Origin: an uncultured Clostridia bacterium
GTDB lineage: Bacteria > Bacillota > Clostridia > TANB77 > UBA1234
Assembly: GCA_947164995.1 (NCBI GenBank)
Contig: CAMUYU010000003.1
Span: forward strand, 1-54,965
Direction of reading: 5' to 3'
Length of the DNA: 54,965 bases
Positions 19,287 to 29,789 of the stretch are shown here, piece after piece. Every line of letters begins with the position of its first letter. Position 1 is the stretch's first letter. The notes below the pieces were generated by a model. That model was not told the DNA's origin and did not search any database. It saw only the letters and a program-made list of their open reading frames with translations. Both the position numbers and the translations under genes were made by a program.

Positions 19287-20825
19287 TTATTTTTCAATTG
19301 AAACTCCAGTATAATACCATTTAATAATTTCTTCAGCACTAAATCCTGCTTTTGCCATACCTTTAGCACCATTTTGGCTCATACCAACTGCGTGTCCCCA
19401 TCCTCTTCCTCTAAATACAAATGAGTTCTTAGAAGAGCTGGCCTCATATTTTTTGCTTTGAGTTTGGACACCACCATTTCCATAAACAATATCTGAAAGA
19501 CCTTCTGAAATAAAACTACAAATTGAATTTAATAAAGGTTTTCTAGATATTTTAATATTTTGTTCTTCATACTCTTCTTCTGTAGTTGCAACATTTATTT
19601 TTTTATCATTTGATTCATCTATTTTTTCATCAATTTCTTTAACAAAGTTTTTCTCTTCAGATACATAATCTGTAGTAACTTCATTTATTTTATCTTCATC
19701 ATATTTTAAAAACCATTCTGGGTCGCTATTTTCCTCTTCAACAATTTCAGTTACTGCTTGAGGAGTAGAAACTTTTGTAATAACTTGTGGTGCTTCATCA
19801 TTTATTGAATACCATTGACTCTTTAAACCTAAATAACTTCTAACACTTGATTTAGATATTATTTTTTCTCCAGCTGTACCAACAACTTTTAATTCTAGAA
19901 TTCTTCCTGCGTCAGTATATTCAACAGGTTCTAAATCAATAATATCTCCAACATTAATTCCATTTTTTTGTAATTTTGTTTTCACTTCATCGGCACTCAT
20001 AGTAACTTCCCAAGTAGTGTTACCTTCAATTTCTGGTTCATAAGTATCAGGGACTGCTTTTAAATAATCAACTGAACTTGTCCATACGTTTTCAGAGTTT
20101 TCAGTATAACCACCTGATGTTGAAAAGTAGTAGCCACCAATTAAATCTCCATCATACACAACAACTTGTCCATAAGTTTCGTCAACTGCCTTATTAGAGT
20201 TTGCAACTTCCCACTCATATCCACCATATGCTTGGTCATCAACTGTAGGCATAACATCAAAACCTAATTTAGAACGTTTGCCATAATTTTTACACGCATA
20301 TGTTCTTGCAACTATTGCTTGTGCTTTAACTGCTTCTATTGGACTGTTGCCTCCTATTTCTCTAGGAACAACTCCATATAAATATTCTTGCATAGTAACA
20401 TGATTAATTACAGTCATGTCACTATCTGAAAATCTTCTAATTTCAATATTACCTCTATATTTTGTGCCATTGACTATCATTAAAGAAATTCCATCTTTTT
20501 CTATGCTTTTGAAATATGGATAATCATTTGCTGAACCTATGTCACCATAGCCTTCAATATATACAGCTCCTGGTATTGAACTTTTTTGAACGGTAATGGT
20601 TTCATTTTTTAATGCTTCATCTTCGAATGTGAATTCACCATTTCGCATTGTTCCAATTTCAATTCCACCTGGAGATGATAATGTTATAGAAGATTTGGCA
20701 GATGAGGCATAAAAAAGCCCAACTCTAATATCTTCTGGTACATTTAATTTTGAAGATTTTGCAAAACTAGATCCAGATAATAGTATGAAATTCATAATTA
20801 TAAATACAATTAATAATTTTTTCAT
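19287..20825 (-). CDS. SpoIID/LytB-domain protein (lytic transglycosylase / amidase enhancer family).
   Basis: Signal peptide, QEYLYGVVPREIGGNSPIEAVKAQAIVARTYA, and terminal GRGWGHAVGMSQNGAKGMA. Confidence 0.85.
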   Translation of the reverse strand: MKKLLIVFIIMNFILLSGSSFAKSSKLNVPEDIRVGLFYASSAKSSITLSSPGGIEIGTMRNGEFTFEDEALKNETITVQKSSIPGAVYIEGYGDIGSANDYPYFKSIEKDGISLMIVNGTKYRGNIEIRRFSDSDMTVINHVTMQEYLYGVVPREIGGNSPIEAVKAQAIVARTYACKNYGKRSKLGFDVMPTVDDQAYGGYEWEVANSNKAVDETYGQVVVYDGDLIGGYYFSTSGGYTENSENVWTSSVDYLKAVPDTYEPEIEGNTTWEVTMSADEVKTKLQKNGINVGDIIDLEPVEYTDAGRILELKVVGTAGEKIISKSSVRSYLGLKSQWYSINDEAPQVITKVSTPQAVTEIVEEENSDPEWFLKYDEDKINEVTTDYVSEEKNFVKEIDEKIDESNDKKINVATTEEEYEEQNIKISRKPLLNSICSFISEGLSDIVYGNGGVQTQSKKYEASSSKNSFVFRGRGWGHAVGMSQNGAKGMAKAGFSAEEIIKWYYTGVSIEK

Positions 20826-20865
20826 TTGTAAATCCTTTCTTAACCGCGATTTATAATCGCTGTAT

Positions 20866-21210
20866 CTAACTCCACTTTATTACTATAATTGTAATTCCTG
20901 AGTTCATTTGTCCTAAATCTTTGTCTTTACGAAAGTCATCGCACATATCTAAAACTTTACGAGTCGTTTCGTCAAATGCTGTCCAATTTTCACCAGGCAC
21001 ATAATCCGCAATTATCTTAGCACCTTTTAACTGATCTAAATATCTTCTTATGCCTGTTCTTAATGCTCCACCTTTACCCGTAGAACCATATCCATGAATA
21101 ATCTTAAATGCTTTTTCTCCTTTTGCACGATACATTTCTAAGTTATTTTTAACTAGTATTTCTGCTTGGTATACAGTGGGCATATATTTTTCTATATTTG
21201 CTACTTCCAT
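20866..21210 (-). CDS. Stand-alone Smr-domain protein.
   Basis: IIHGYGSTGKGGALR in a 114-aa protein matches the Smr (MutS2 C-terminal-like) nuclease fold signature. RBS AAGGAG. Confidence 0.7.
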   Translation of the reverse strand: MEVANIEKYMPTVYQAEILVKNNLEMYRAKGEKAFKIIHGYGSTGKGGALRTGIRRYLDQLKGAKIIADYVPGENWTAFDETTRKVLDMCDDFRKDKDLGQMNSGITIIVIKWS

Positions 21211-21286
21211 AATGCTCCTTAAAAAAATTTAATTTGACATAAGGACACAATAAGTCCATTATTTCGTTATATATTCTATCATACAT

Positions 21287-21315
21287 TTGCATTTTGTACA
21301 ATTTTATGCTATATT
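21287..21315 (+). promoter_or_regulatory. Candidate sigma-A promoter of ychF.
   Basis: TTGCAT (21287-21292), 17-nt spacer, TGcTATATT extended -10 (TATATT at 21310-21315). Confidence 0.4.
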
Positions 21316-21403
21316 TTTTAGGAATTTGTAACATAAACAAGTGCAAAAATTATGTTAATATAGTTTAACATAATATAGTTCATAGAGAAAGGATGTTTAA
21401 TAA

Positions 21404-22495
21404 ATGGAAATTGGAATTGTTGGATTACCAAACGTTGGAAAAAGTACTATGTTTAATGCAATTACAAAGGCTGGTGCTGAATGTGCAAACTACCCATTTT
21501 GTACAATCGAACCAAATATTGGAATAGTACCTGTACCAGATGAAAGATTAGATAAATTATCAGAACTATATCATCCTCAAAAAACAACCCATGCTATCGT
21601 AAAATTTGTTGATATTGCTGGATTAGTTAAAGGTGCATCAAAAGGTGAAGGCTTAGGAAATAAATTCTTATCTCACATTCGTGAAGTTGATGCAATAGTT
21701 CAAGTAGTAAGATGCTTTGAAGATTCAAATATTGTTCACGTAGATGGAAGTATCGACCCTATTCGTGATGTTGAAACAATAAACTTAGAATTAATATTCG
21801 CTGATTTAGAAGCAGTAGATAAAAGAAGAGAAAAAGCAATTAAACTTGCAAGAACAAATAAAAAAGATCAAGTCCAAGTTGATGCATTAGATAAAATAAA
21901 AGCTGTTCTTATGGAAGGAAACCTTGCTTCTACTTGCATACTTACAGATGAAGAAAAAGAATCAATCAAAGATTTATTCTTACTTACTGACAAACCTATG
22001 ATGTACGTAGCAAATATTTCTGAAGAACAATTAAAAGATGCCGAAAATGATGCAAATGTTTTAAAACTAAAAGAATATGCTGCAAAACATAATAGTAAAG
22101 TAATTCCACTATGTGTTAAAGTTGAAGAAGAATTAGCAAGTTTGGATGATAGTGAAAAAGAAGAAATGCTTGCACTATATGGAATAGAAAAATCTGGATT
22201 AGATAGATTAATAACAGAAAGTTATGATTTATTAGGACTTATATCGTTCTTAACATCGGGTGAAGATGAATGTAGAGCTTGGACAATTACTAAAGGAACA
22301 AAAGCTCCTCAAGCTGCAGGAAAAATTCATACAGATTTTGAAAGAGGATTTATTAAAGCAGAAGTAATTGGATTTAATGAATTAATAGAATGTGGAAATC
22401 ACACAAAAGCAAAAGAAAAAGGATTAATTAGAATTGAAGGAAAAGACTACGTCGTACAAGATGGAGATGTAATCTTATTTAGATTTAATGTATAG
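21404..22495 (+). CDS. ychF: Ribosome-binding ATPase YchF.
   Basis: GIVGLPNVGKST P-loop, DIAGLVKGAS, and a C-terminal TGS-like domain (RAWTI..GT.APQAAG.IHTDFERGFI.AEV). Confidence 0.97.
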   Translation: MEIGIVGLPNVGKSTMFNAITKAGAECANYPFCTIEPNIGIVPVPDERLDKLSELYHPQKTTHAIVKFVDIAGLVKGASKGEGLGNKFLSHIREVDAIVQVVRCFEDSNIVHVDGSIDPIRDVETINLELIFADLEAVDKRREKAIKLARTNKKDQVQVDALDKIKAVLMEGNLASTCILTDEEKESIKDLFLLTDKPMMYVANISEEQLKDAENDANVLKLKEYAAKHNSKVIPLCVKVEEELASLDDSEKEEMLALYGIEKSGLDRLITESYDLLGLISFLTSGEDECRAWTITKGTKAPQAAGKIHTDFERGFIKAEVIGFNELIECGNHTKAKEKGLIRIEGKDYVVQDGDVILFRFNV

Positions 22496-22502
22496 AAAAA
22501 CA

Positions 22503-22537
22503 AAAAAGACATTTTGAAAAATCAAAATGTCTTTTTA
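22503..22537. terminator. Bidirectional intrinsic terminator between ychF and the 22549 gene.
   Basis: aaagacatttt-gaaaaatc-aaaatgtcttt flanked by A- and T-runs. Confidence 0.65.
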
Positions 22538-22548
22538 TTATTATTAAA

Positions 22549-23010
22549 TTAATCTTTCATAGCAGCTTCTACTAAAGCAGATAATTTCTTGATTATTTCA
22601 ATCATTTCGTCACCTGACATCCCCATAAAATCAAGCATACTTGCATAATCAACCATTTCATCTTCACTTGTTTCTTCTTTTATTCTTAATGCTGCTTGAT
22701 TTCCAATTCCAAATCCTGCTTCTCTATCTTGAGCTTCACTAGTTGTTGAACAGAATAATTGAATTGCTTCACCAATATCATAAGCAACATAAGAAGCAAG
22801 TTTAGTATCTTTCTTTATTGCAATTGCAGTTCCTAAAGAAAAAGCAAGTTTAGCAACTTCTGGTGCATCTGCTTTAACTTCTGTTACAACCTTTTCAACA
22901 TCAATATTCTTTTCAGCACAAATCTCTTTAACATTTTCCAAAGAACTAATTGCATATTTAGCAAAAATTTCTTTTAGTCTTTCAGTTTTTTCTTCATCTA
23001 ATTCAAACAT
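22549..23010 (-). CDS. Hypothetical acidic protein of about 153 aa.
   Basis: The ATG at 23008-23010 lies after GAGGT (MFELDEEKTERLKEI...). No motif recognised. It occupies the position after gpmI where eno usually sits. Confidence 0.5.
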   Translation of the reverse strand: MFELDEEKTERLKEIFAKYAISSLENVKEICAEKNIDVEKVVTEVKADAPEVAKLAFSLGTAIAIKKDTKLASYVAYDIGEAIQLFCSTTSEAQDREAGFGIGNQAALRIKEETSEDEMVDYASMLDFMGMSGDEMIEIIKKLSALVEAAMKD

Positions 23011-23082
23011 AATTATTACCTCACTTATATAAGTTATTAAAATAATTTTACAATAACAAAAAGCATATAGCAACTATATTTT

Positions 23083-24621
23083 TTAGCTTCTAACAATTAG
23101 ACTTCTTCCTGTCATCTCAGCTGGTTTTTCTAATCCCATTAAATCAAGTAAACTTGGTGCAATATCTGCAAGTCTTCCTTCAGCAACTTTTAATTCAGGA
23201 TTTTTAGTAACCAATATAATTGGAACTGGATTTGTTGTATGTGCTGTATGTGGCTCTCCTGTAGTATAATCAATCATTTGCTCACAATTTCCATGATCCG
23301 CAATTATTACTAACGAACCATTAACTTTCAATACTTCATTTGCAATTTTCCCTACACATTCATCAACAGTTTCAACTGCTTTAATAGCAGCTTCTAAGCT
23401 TCCTGTGTGACCAACCATATCGCAATTTGCAAAGTTTAGAATAATTGCATCTGTTTCATTTTCACGAATTACATCAACAACTCTATCTGTTACTTCATAA
23501 GCGCTCATTTCTGGTTGTAAATCATATGTTGCAACTTTTGGAGAATTAACAAGTATTCTCTTTTCACCTGGATATTCAACTTCTTCTCCACCATTAAAGA
23601 AAAATGTAACATGAGCATACTTTTCTGTTTCAGCAATTCTTAGTTGTGTATATCCTAATTTAGAAATGTACTCACCAAAGTTGTTAGTTAGCTTTTCTGG
23701 TTTATAGGCCACCTCAACATTTGGCATTGTAGCATCATATTCTGTCATACAAATATATTTTGTTGGAAAATGTTCTACTGGAAATGCATCAAATTCAGGA
23801 TCAACAATTGATCTTGTAATCTCCCTTGCTCTATCTGTACGGAAATTAAAGAATATAATAGAATCATTTGCTTTAATTGTAGCTAGTGCCTCTCCATCTG
23901 CATTTGTAACAACAGTTGGCTTAACAAATTCATCAAACTCTTCTCTTTGATAAGAACCTTCAATTGCATCAACAGCAGAAGATGCTTTTAATCCTTCTCC
24001 TCTTAGTAATGCATTATACGCAAGTTCTACTCTATCCCATCTCTTATCTCTATCCATTGCATAATATCTTCCCATAATAGAAGCTATTTTACCTACGCCA
24101 ATTTCTTTCATTTTATCTTCTAGTTCCATTATGTAATTTTCTGCAGATGCAGGAGGAGTATCTCTACCATCTAAGAAACAATGAACAAAAACTCTATCAA
24201 ATTCTTGTTCTTTACATAACTTTAATAAAGCATATAAATGTGTATTGTGACTATGAACACCACCATCAGATAATAATCCATAAATATGTAAATTAGTATT
24301 GTTTTCCTTTGCATTATTAATAGCATCAATGAACTCTTTCTTTTTGAAAAAGTCTCCATCAGTAATTGATTTAGAAATTCTAGTAAACTCTTGATATACT
24401 ATTCTTCCTGCACCAATGTTCATATGTCCAACTTCTGAGTTTCCCATCTGACCATCTGGAAGTCCAACATCAAGACCAGAAGTATGTACAATTGAGTTTG
24501 GATATTGAGAAAATAGACTGTCAAAGTTTGGTGTATTTGCCAATTTAGCAGCATTTGCTTCCTCTTTTTCATTAATGCCCCATCCATCTACTATAATAAG
24601 CATTGTTAATTTGTCTTTCAT
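23083..24621 (-). CDS. gpmI: 2,3-bisphosphoglycerate-independent phosphoglycerate mutase.
   Basis: LIIVDGWG, GNSEVGHMNIGAGR, and C-terminal ADHGNCE...HT motifs. The start was chosen at the ATG 7 nt after AAAGGAA. Confidence 0.95.
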   Translation of the reverse strand: MKDKLTMLIIVDGWGINEKEEANAAKLANTPNFDSLFSQYPNSIVHTSGLDVGLPDGQMGNSEVGHMNIGAGRIVYQEFTRISKSITDGDFFKKKEFIDAINNAKENNTNLHIYGLLSDGGVHSHNTHLYALLKLCKEQEFDRVFVHCFLDGRDTPPASAENYIMELEDKMKEIGVGKIASIMGRYYAMDRDKRWDRVELAYNALLRGEGLKASSAVDAIEGSYQREEFDEFVKPTVVTNADGEALATIKANDSIIFFNFRTDRAREITRSIVDPEFDAFPVEHFPTKYICMTEYDATMPNVEVAYKPEKLTNNFGEYISKLGYTQLRIAETEKYAHVTFFFNGGEEVEYPGEKRILVNSPKVATYDLQPEMSAYEVTDRVVDVIRENETDAIILNFANCDMVGHTGSLEAAIKAVETVDECVGKIANEVLKVNGSLVIIADHGNCEQMIDYTTGEPHTAHTTNPVPIILVTKNPELKVAEGRLADIAPSLLDLMGLEKPAEMTGRSLIVRS

Positions 24622-24758
24622 TTTCATTTCCTTTCTGTATATCATCATTAATTGACATTCTATATAATTATACCATTAAAATAAAAAAATAAAACACTTC
24701 AACCAAAAAATAATTGTTATGTCTACGCATTATGTACAATAAAAAAGATGAAGATTAA

Positions 24759-25400
24759 TCAATCTCCATCTCTAAACATCTTATACTCTAAATATGCTTC
24801 AGTAAACTTTTTATCATCTGCAAGAAGTTCTGCAAATACTTTTTTCATGTTCTCAAAATCAGGATCATAAAAATAAGTTTTTGCTTTACCATTCGGCCCA
24901 TACTTTTCTTCAATATGTTTTCGAACTTCTTCCATTGTTTCATAAAAAGTCAAATCATTTCTATGCCGTCTATTGTAATAAAAAGAACGTTTAATAACAG
25001 TACGAAAATCTGTAGACCTATCTGCCGTAGAAAGAACTCTTCCATAAACGGAACGTGGCGTTCCATCTAGCGAAGACCTATGATCTTCAACCGCTTCTTT
25101 CATTATTAGCATTTGCTCTTCGCTAAAAAATTCACGCAATTTTTTATCTTCGTAAAGTCTTTGTGCACCAAGTGCTTCATGATTGTCTTTATCTACATGA
25201 TGCATCACATCATGATAAGCCGCGCATGTAATGCACATCTCAATGTCGCATCCTGCTTGCTTTCCAAACTCAATACTTCTTCTAATGACATACCTTGCAT
25301 GGTCTTGTCCATGACCTTTATCATTTAAGTCATATTCAGGCAATATCTCTTCATTTAGGTACTCAATCAATTCTTGCCGTGGTACAATTTCATTTTGCAT
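24759..25400 (-). CDS. HD-domain phosphohydrolase family protein.
   Basis: H...HD signature (GHGQDHARYV ... AAYHDVMHHVD). The ATG lies 7 nt after GGAGGG. Confidence 0.72.
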   Translation of the reverse strand: MQNEIVPRQELIEYLNEEILPEYDLNDKGHGQDHARYVIRRSIEFGKQAGCDIEMCITCAAYHDVMHHVDKDNHEALGAQRLYEDKKLREFFSEEQMLIMKEAVEDHRSSLDGTPRSVYGRVLSTADRSTDFRTVIKRSFYYNRRHRNDLTFYETMEEVRKHIEEKYGPNGKAKTYFYDPDFENMKKVFAELLADDKKFTEAYLEYKMFRDGD

Positions 25401-25487
25401 AGTGATTCCCTCCAATTGTCGGAAAAGCCATAAAACTTTTATCTTACGTATCTTTTATACCACAGCATTATGTAAAATTCAAGTATT

Positions 25488-26675
25488 TTATTCTTTTTCA
25501 GAAATACAATCAATTCCTGGAAGTACTTTTCCTTCTAAAAATTCTAATGAAGCTCCTCCACCAGTAGAAATATGTGTCATTTTATCTGCAAAGCCACCCT
25601 TCTCTACCGCTGCAGAAGAGTCTCCTCCCCCAATGATAGTTGTAGCATTTTCAAGGCTTGCAAGGATTTCAGCTACCTTGTTAGTACCTACTGCAAAATT
25701 ATCAAATTCAAATACTCCAACTGGTCCATTCCATACCACTGTTTTAGCATCTTTTAATACTTCTTTATATAACTCTATAGTTGCTGGTCCTACATCAACT
25801 CCCATATAATCAGCAGGAATTTCATCACTTGAAACTACTTTTGAAGGAGCATCATTTGAAAATTCTTGAACAACTACGTTATCAACTGGAAGAATTAGTT
25901 TAACTCCCTTTTCTTCAGCTTTTTGAAGAAGTTCTTTTGCTAAATCAATTTTATCTTCTTCAACGATTGATTTTCCAATTTCTTTTCCTTGAGCTTTAAA
26001 GAATGTATATGCCATTCCTCCACCAATTATTAATGAATCAACTTTATCTAATAGATTTTCAATTACTGAAATCTTATCAGATACTTTCTTACCACCCATA
26101 ATTGCAACAAATGGTCTTTCTGGATTTTCTAAGGCTTTACCCATAATATCAATTTCTTTTTTAATTAGATAACCAACAGCTGATGGCAAGTAATCTGCAA
26201 CACCTGCTGTAGAACTATGAGCTCTGTGTGCAGTACCAAAAGCATCATTTACATATAAATCTGCAAGACTAGCTAATTCTTTTGAAAGTTCAGGGTCGTT
26301 TTTCTCTTCTCTTGCATCATATCTAACATTTTCAAGAAGCATTACTTCTCTGTCTTGTAAATTTTCTGCAAGCTTTTTAGCAGATTCTCCAACTACATCT
26401 TCAGCCATCTTAACTTCTACGTTAAGTAATTCTTCTAATCTTCTAGCAACTGGCTTTAACGAATACTTAGGATTAACTTCACCCTTTGGTCTTCCTAAAT
26501 GTGAGCAAAGAATAACTCTTGCATCGTGCTCCATTAAATATTGAATTGTTGGAAGTGCTCCTCTAATTCTTCTGTCGTCTGTGATATTTCCATTTTCATC
26601 TTGTGGAACGTTAAAATCACATCTTACTAAAACTCTCTTTCCAGCAACGTCTAAATCTTCAATTGACTTTTTCAT
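25488..26675 (-). CDS. pgk: Phosphoglycerate kinase.
   Basis: [19 protein letters not shown], and [18 protein letters not shown]. The ATG at 26673-26675 follows AAGGAGG. Confidence 0.97.
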   Translation of the reverse strand: MKKSIEDLDVAGKRVLVRCDFNVPQDENGNITDDRRIRGALPTIQYLMEHDARVILCSHLGRPKGEVNPKYSLKPVARRLEELLNVEVKMAEDVVGESAKKLAENLQDREVMLLENVRYDAREEKNDPELSKELASLADLYVNDAFGTAHRAHSSTAGVADYLPSAVGYLIKKEIDIMGKALENPERPFVAIMGGKKVSDKISVIENLLDKVDSLIIGGGMAYTFFKAQGKEIGKSIVEEDKIDLAKELLQKAEEKGVKLILPVDNVVVQEFSNDAPSKVVSSDEIPADYMGVDVGPATIELYKEVLKDAKTVVWNGPVGVFEFDNFAVGTNKVAEILASLENATTIIGGGDSSAAVEKGGFADKMTHISTGGGASLEFLEGKVLPGIDCISEKE

Positions 26676-26748
26676 TATTATTTCCTCCTTATATTTCTTT
26701 AACGTTAAAACGTCTTTATCCAAAAGTTGAAACTATAAAATTTCCATA

Positions 26749-28455
26749 TTAATAGTCAAATCTTTTTTCGTTTTCTACTGGTTTTGAACTATCATACTCA
26801 ACCAATAAATCTAATACTTTATATTCTTTATCAAAAGTATCATCTTTTAATTCTTCATTTTCTTTTTCAATATACGATTTCAAATCAGTAAATATTTCTT
26901 TATATTCTTTACTTACACTAAGAGGTACAGAAGTACGTTCATGCTCACCTAATTTTAATATAATAAAACTTTCATCATATTTGTAACCATCGATAATACC
27001 AGAAACTGGAAGAATTAAGAAATCTTTATTATTACTTCTTTCATATAAAATCCAGTTTTTAAGAACATTTACATATCTAACTAATACAATTGCTTTTCTT
27101 ATGCCAGTATTATCGTAATATTCTTCTTCAGTTTCTTTAAATGATACACTTTGTTCATCTTTATAACTTTTATTATTTCTATCTTTAAAAGATACTGTTA
27201 ATTTTAATTCTCCGTTTTCTTTATTGCCTTTTGGAGTAACTTTTAAAAGAATAACTCCGCCTTTTACTTCTCCGCCTTCACTCTTTGATGGGAATAAAGT
27301 GTTTACTTTCATAATATTTCCATTTTTAGCATTTGCACTATCAGAACCATAAATTGCTTCTATACTATAATCTTTAGAATCAACATCTAGTGACAAATCA
27401 AATACTAAAGGTGTTACCATAAATTCAAATTCTTCACCCATTCTTTTTTGGAACTCTTCATTATTATGAACTGAATAATAGTTAGCACCCTTAACATCTG
27501 TAATTTCTTCTATTAGTTTAGTATTAAAATCTACACCAACGCCAATAAATGTTGTATATATTCCACTTGTTGCATTATTATCAACCATCTTTAAAAGACT
27601 ATTACTACCTGTTTCTCCATAGTTTGGCATTGCATCTGTAATGATAATAATTCTATTTTCATATTCATCTTTATTTGCATTTTGGAAATTTTTAAAAGCA
27701 GCCGTTGCTTCTATGTAACCAGCTGAAAAATTTGTGCCCCCTCTATCAGTAATTTCCATTATATTGTTTTTTAAATTGCTAAGATTTAAATCTGACACTT
27801 GTTTAATTGTTTGTAGTGTTTTGGCTTCTGAATCAAAAGTTACTAATCCAAAACAATCATCTGGTTTTAATTGATCAATCAATGTGCACACTGCTTTATT
27901 AGCAAGTTTCATTTTGCTCTCACTAATACCACCATTAGCAAAAGGATTATCATAATAATAACTACTAAAGCTTGAACCCATTGATCCAGAAATATCTAAT
28001 AAAACTAATAGATTTAATTTCTTTCTTTGAAAATCTTCTTTAATATTTGAATTAAGACCAACAGTTAAATAATATTCATTTTTACTAGAAACAGGATCTT
28101 TTGAAATTGCAGTTGAATATGATGGGAAAAATAACGGTTCATCACCAGTTCTATTTTCATCTAGCATTCCTGTATCAAACATATAATCATAGAAAATACC
28201 ATTATATGTTACATCTGTTGAAATAGGAAAATAACCATTTTCAATATTTTCTCTAAAGTTTTCAATATCTTTTGCTCCTCCAACAGAATAACCTAAATAA
28301 CTAGCAGATTCCATTTTCCCATAATTCATTGAAGAAAGACCCTGACCAGCATTTTGTGCTATTTGTTGACTTTGGTTCATTAACAACGTTGCAAATGACA
28401 AAAGAACAACTAATATAATTACTACTACAACAATTACAACAATTTTTGTCTTCAT
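26749..28455 (-). CDS. Membrane-anchored von Willebrand factor A protein, YfbK-like architecture.
   Basis: N-terminal TM, then SYLGYSVGGAKDIENFRENIENGYFP (vWA N-terminal module), then the MIDAS motif LLVLLDISGSMGS ... GGTN ... ITDAMPN. The start is ambiguous: the ATG at 28455 has an AAAGGAG RBS, while the ATG at 28476 overlaps the tpiA stop. Confidence 0.78.
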   Translation of the reverse strand: MKTKIVVIVVVVIILVVLLSFATLLMNQSQQIAQNAGQGLSSMNYGKMESASYLGYSVGGAKDIENFRENIENGYFPISTDVTYNGIFYDYMFDTGMLDENRTGDEPLFFPSYSTAISKDPVSSKNEYYLTVGLNSNIKEDFQRKKLNLLVLLDISGSMGSSFSSYYYDNPFANGGISESKMKLANKAVCTLIDQLKPDDCFGLVTFDSEAKTLQTIKQVSDLNLSNLKNNIMEITDRGGTNFSAGYIEATAAFKNFQNANKDEYENRIIIITDAMPNYGETGSNSLLKMVDNNATSGIYTTFIGVGVDFNTKLIEEITDVKGANYYSVHNNEEFQKRMGEEFEFMVTPLVFDLSLDVDSKDYSIEAIYGSDSANAKNGNIMKVNTLFPSKSEGGEVKGGVILLKVTPKGNKENGELKLTVSFKDRNNKSYKDEQSVSFKETEEEYYDNTGIRKAIVLVRYVNVLKNWILYERSNNKDFLILPVSGIIDGYKYDESFIILKLGEHERTSVPLSVSKEYKEIFTDLKSYIEKENEELKDDTFDKEYKVLDLLVEYDSSKPVENEKRFDY

Positions 28456-28475
28456 AATAAATCTCCTTTTAGACA

Positions 28476-29228
28476 TTATTTGTCAAAATTAACAATATCA
28501 GCAAAATCTTTAGGTGTAAGGCTTGCTCCTCCTACTAACCCACCATCAATATCTTCTAAATTAAATAGTTCTTGTGCATTAGTTGGCTTAACACTTCCGC
28601 CATATAAAATTCTAATTTTATCTGCTACATCATCATTGTACATTTTTCTAATTTCATCTCTTATTAATTTACATGCTTCATTTGCATCTTCAGTAGAAGC
28701 TGTCTTACCTGTTCCAATTGCCCAAATAGGTTCATAAGCTATAATCATTTGTTCAGCAAATTTTGCAGGTAGTCCTTCTAAATCTTTTCTAATTTGAATA
28801 ATTATTTTTTCTTTTGCTATTCCTAATTCTCTTTCATATAATGTTTCACCAACACATAGAATAGGTACAATTTCATGATCAAAAGCAGATTTAATTTTCA
28901 AATTAACATAGTCATCTGTTTCATGATGGAATTGTCTTCTTTCTGAATGCCCTATTATAGAATATTTTATACCAATATCTTCAAGCATTTTTACAGAAAC
29001 GTCGCCTGTTAAAGCCCCTGCAACTTGATGATTTAAATTTTGAGTTCCTATCTTAATATTTGTATCATGTGTACTTTCTAAAGCTGCTGCAACATCAATA
29101 TAAGGTACACACAAAATGATTTCATGTTCACTATCCTTAACCAAATCATTAAATTCAGCAAAATAATTTCTTGTGTCTTTTGGAGAATGATTCATCTTCC
29201 AATTTCCTGCTATAACTTTTTTACGCAT
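28476..29228 (-). CDS. tpiA: Triosephosphate isomerase.
   Basis: AGNWKMN, IGHSERR, AYEPIWAIGTG and GGASL motifs. Confidence 0.97.
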   Translation of the reverse strand: MRKKVIAGNWKMNHSPKDTRNYFAEFNDLVKDSEHEIILCVPYIDVAAALESTHDTNIKIGTQNLNHQVAGALTGDVSVKMLEDIGIKYSIIGHSERRQFHHETDDYVNLKIKSAFDHEIVPILCVGETLYERELGIAKEKIIIQIRKDLEGLPAKFAEQMIIAYEPIWAIGTGKTASTEDANEACKLIRDEIRKMYNDDVADKIRILYGGSVKPTNAQELFNLEDIDGGLVGGASLTPKDFADIVNFDK

Positions 29229-29358
29229 AAAAAATCTCCTTCTTTCTTACCATACTAATTTTGGAATAACCCTATAATATGGTACTATAACGAAAATAAT
29301 ATTTCAATTATTTAGAAGAATTGTAATAATTAAAGTTCCATGAAAAATAAATAAAAAT

Positions 29359-29393
29359 AAAAAAAGAGCTATAATCTAAAAAGACTATAGCTC
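29359..29393 (-). terminator. Intrinsic terminator closing the GC-rich RNA candidate.
   Basis: On the minus strand: gagctatagtc-uuuuu-agattatagctc (11 bp including one G-U) followed by a U7 tract (plus-strand A-run at 29359-29365). Confidence 0.7.
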
Positions 29394-29700
29394 CCTCCGG
29401 CAAAAGACAACAGGCCGGAGTATCTCAAATGGTCGCGCAAAAAAGCCCTTCGGACTACAGCGAGGATCACGCCTTGCCCTCATTGGCAAACCTCCCGGAA
29501 CCTTATAAGAGTAATAGTCCTATTATTACCTTCATAACAGGATTCCCCTTGCATCACTCTTTTCCGCCGGGCAAACTACACATCATTTTCTGGTAGACCT
29601 TCCCATCTATTTGATACCATAAAGCATCAAAACAAGGAGTCCCTTTTGTTCCTTTAAATACAGCGCGGCCATTTGCTTCTGACATTAAAATACTCTTAAT
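29359..29700 (-). ncRNA. Unclassified structured RNA candidate, either a stand-alone sRNA or a cis-leader of tpiA.
   Basis: There is no ORF of 60 aa or more in any frame across 29229-29832. By hand count the GC content is about 45%, rising above 50% over 29401-29520, against about 30% in the flanks. Helices on the minus strand: 29663-29674 pairs with 29427-29438; a hairpin spans 29497-29546; further hairpins at 29474-29489, 29444-29456 and 29395-29420; and a terminator follows. The G-U pairs favour the minus strand. Confidence 0.4.
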
Positions 29701-29789
29701 AAAAATCGTTAAATTATAGTCAGTATTTTTCATTTGAAATATTGGCTTGCTATATTAGCATCGCCTCTTTAATTCTTTTGTTCAACGAT

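Noticed and set aside
21149-21346. 65-aa minus-strand ORF upstream of and overlapping the Smr gene.
   Set aside because: It overlaps the Smr start in another frame and covers the divergent smr/ychF promoter region. It has no RBS.
21340-21385. Direct repeat AATATAGTT occurring twice (about 21356 and 21371), with an overlapping ATGTTAA/TTAACAT inverted repeat, upstream of ychF.
   Set aside because: It could be an operator, but short AT-rich repeats of this size are expected by chance in 30% GC intergenic DNA. No regulator gene is adjacent.
29359-29700. Possible identity of the GC-rich RNA with a known family (RNase P, tmRNA, SRP, 6S, or riboswitches including ykkC-type and c-di-GMP-I).
   Set aside because: None of the invariant strings I remember for RNase P, tmRNA, SRP, T-box, SAM-I, FMN, TPP, lysine, cobalamin or glmS is present. 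Three short strings (AAGGUUCCGG, GUCCGAAGGG, GCCGGAGGGAG) loosely recall ykkC/guanidine-I-family conserved segments. A plus-strand string, CGCGCAAAAAAGCCCUUCGGACUA, loosely recalls GEMM-I. The spacing and the helices I can draw do not fit either model, and the plus strand has no downstream gene. I therefore leave the RNA unclassified pending a covariance-model search.
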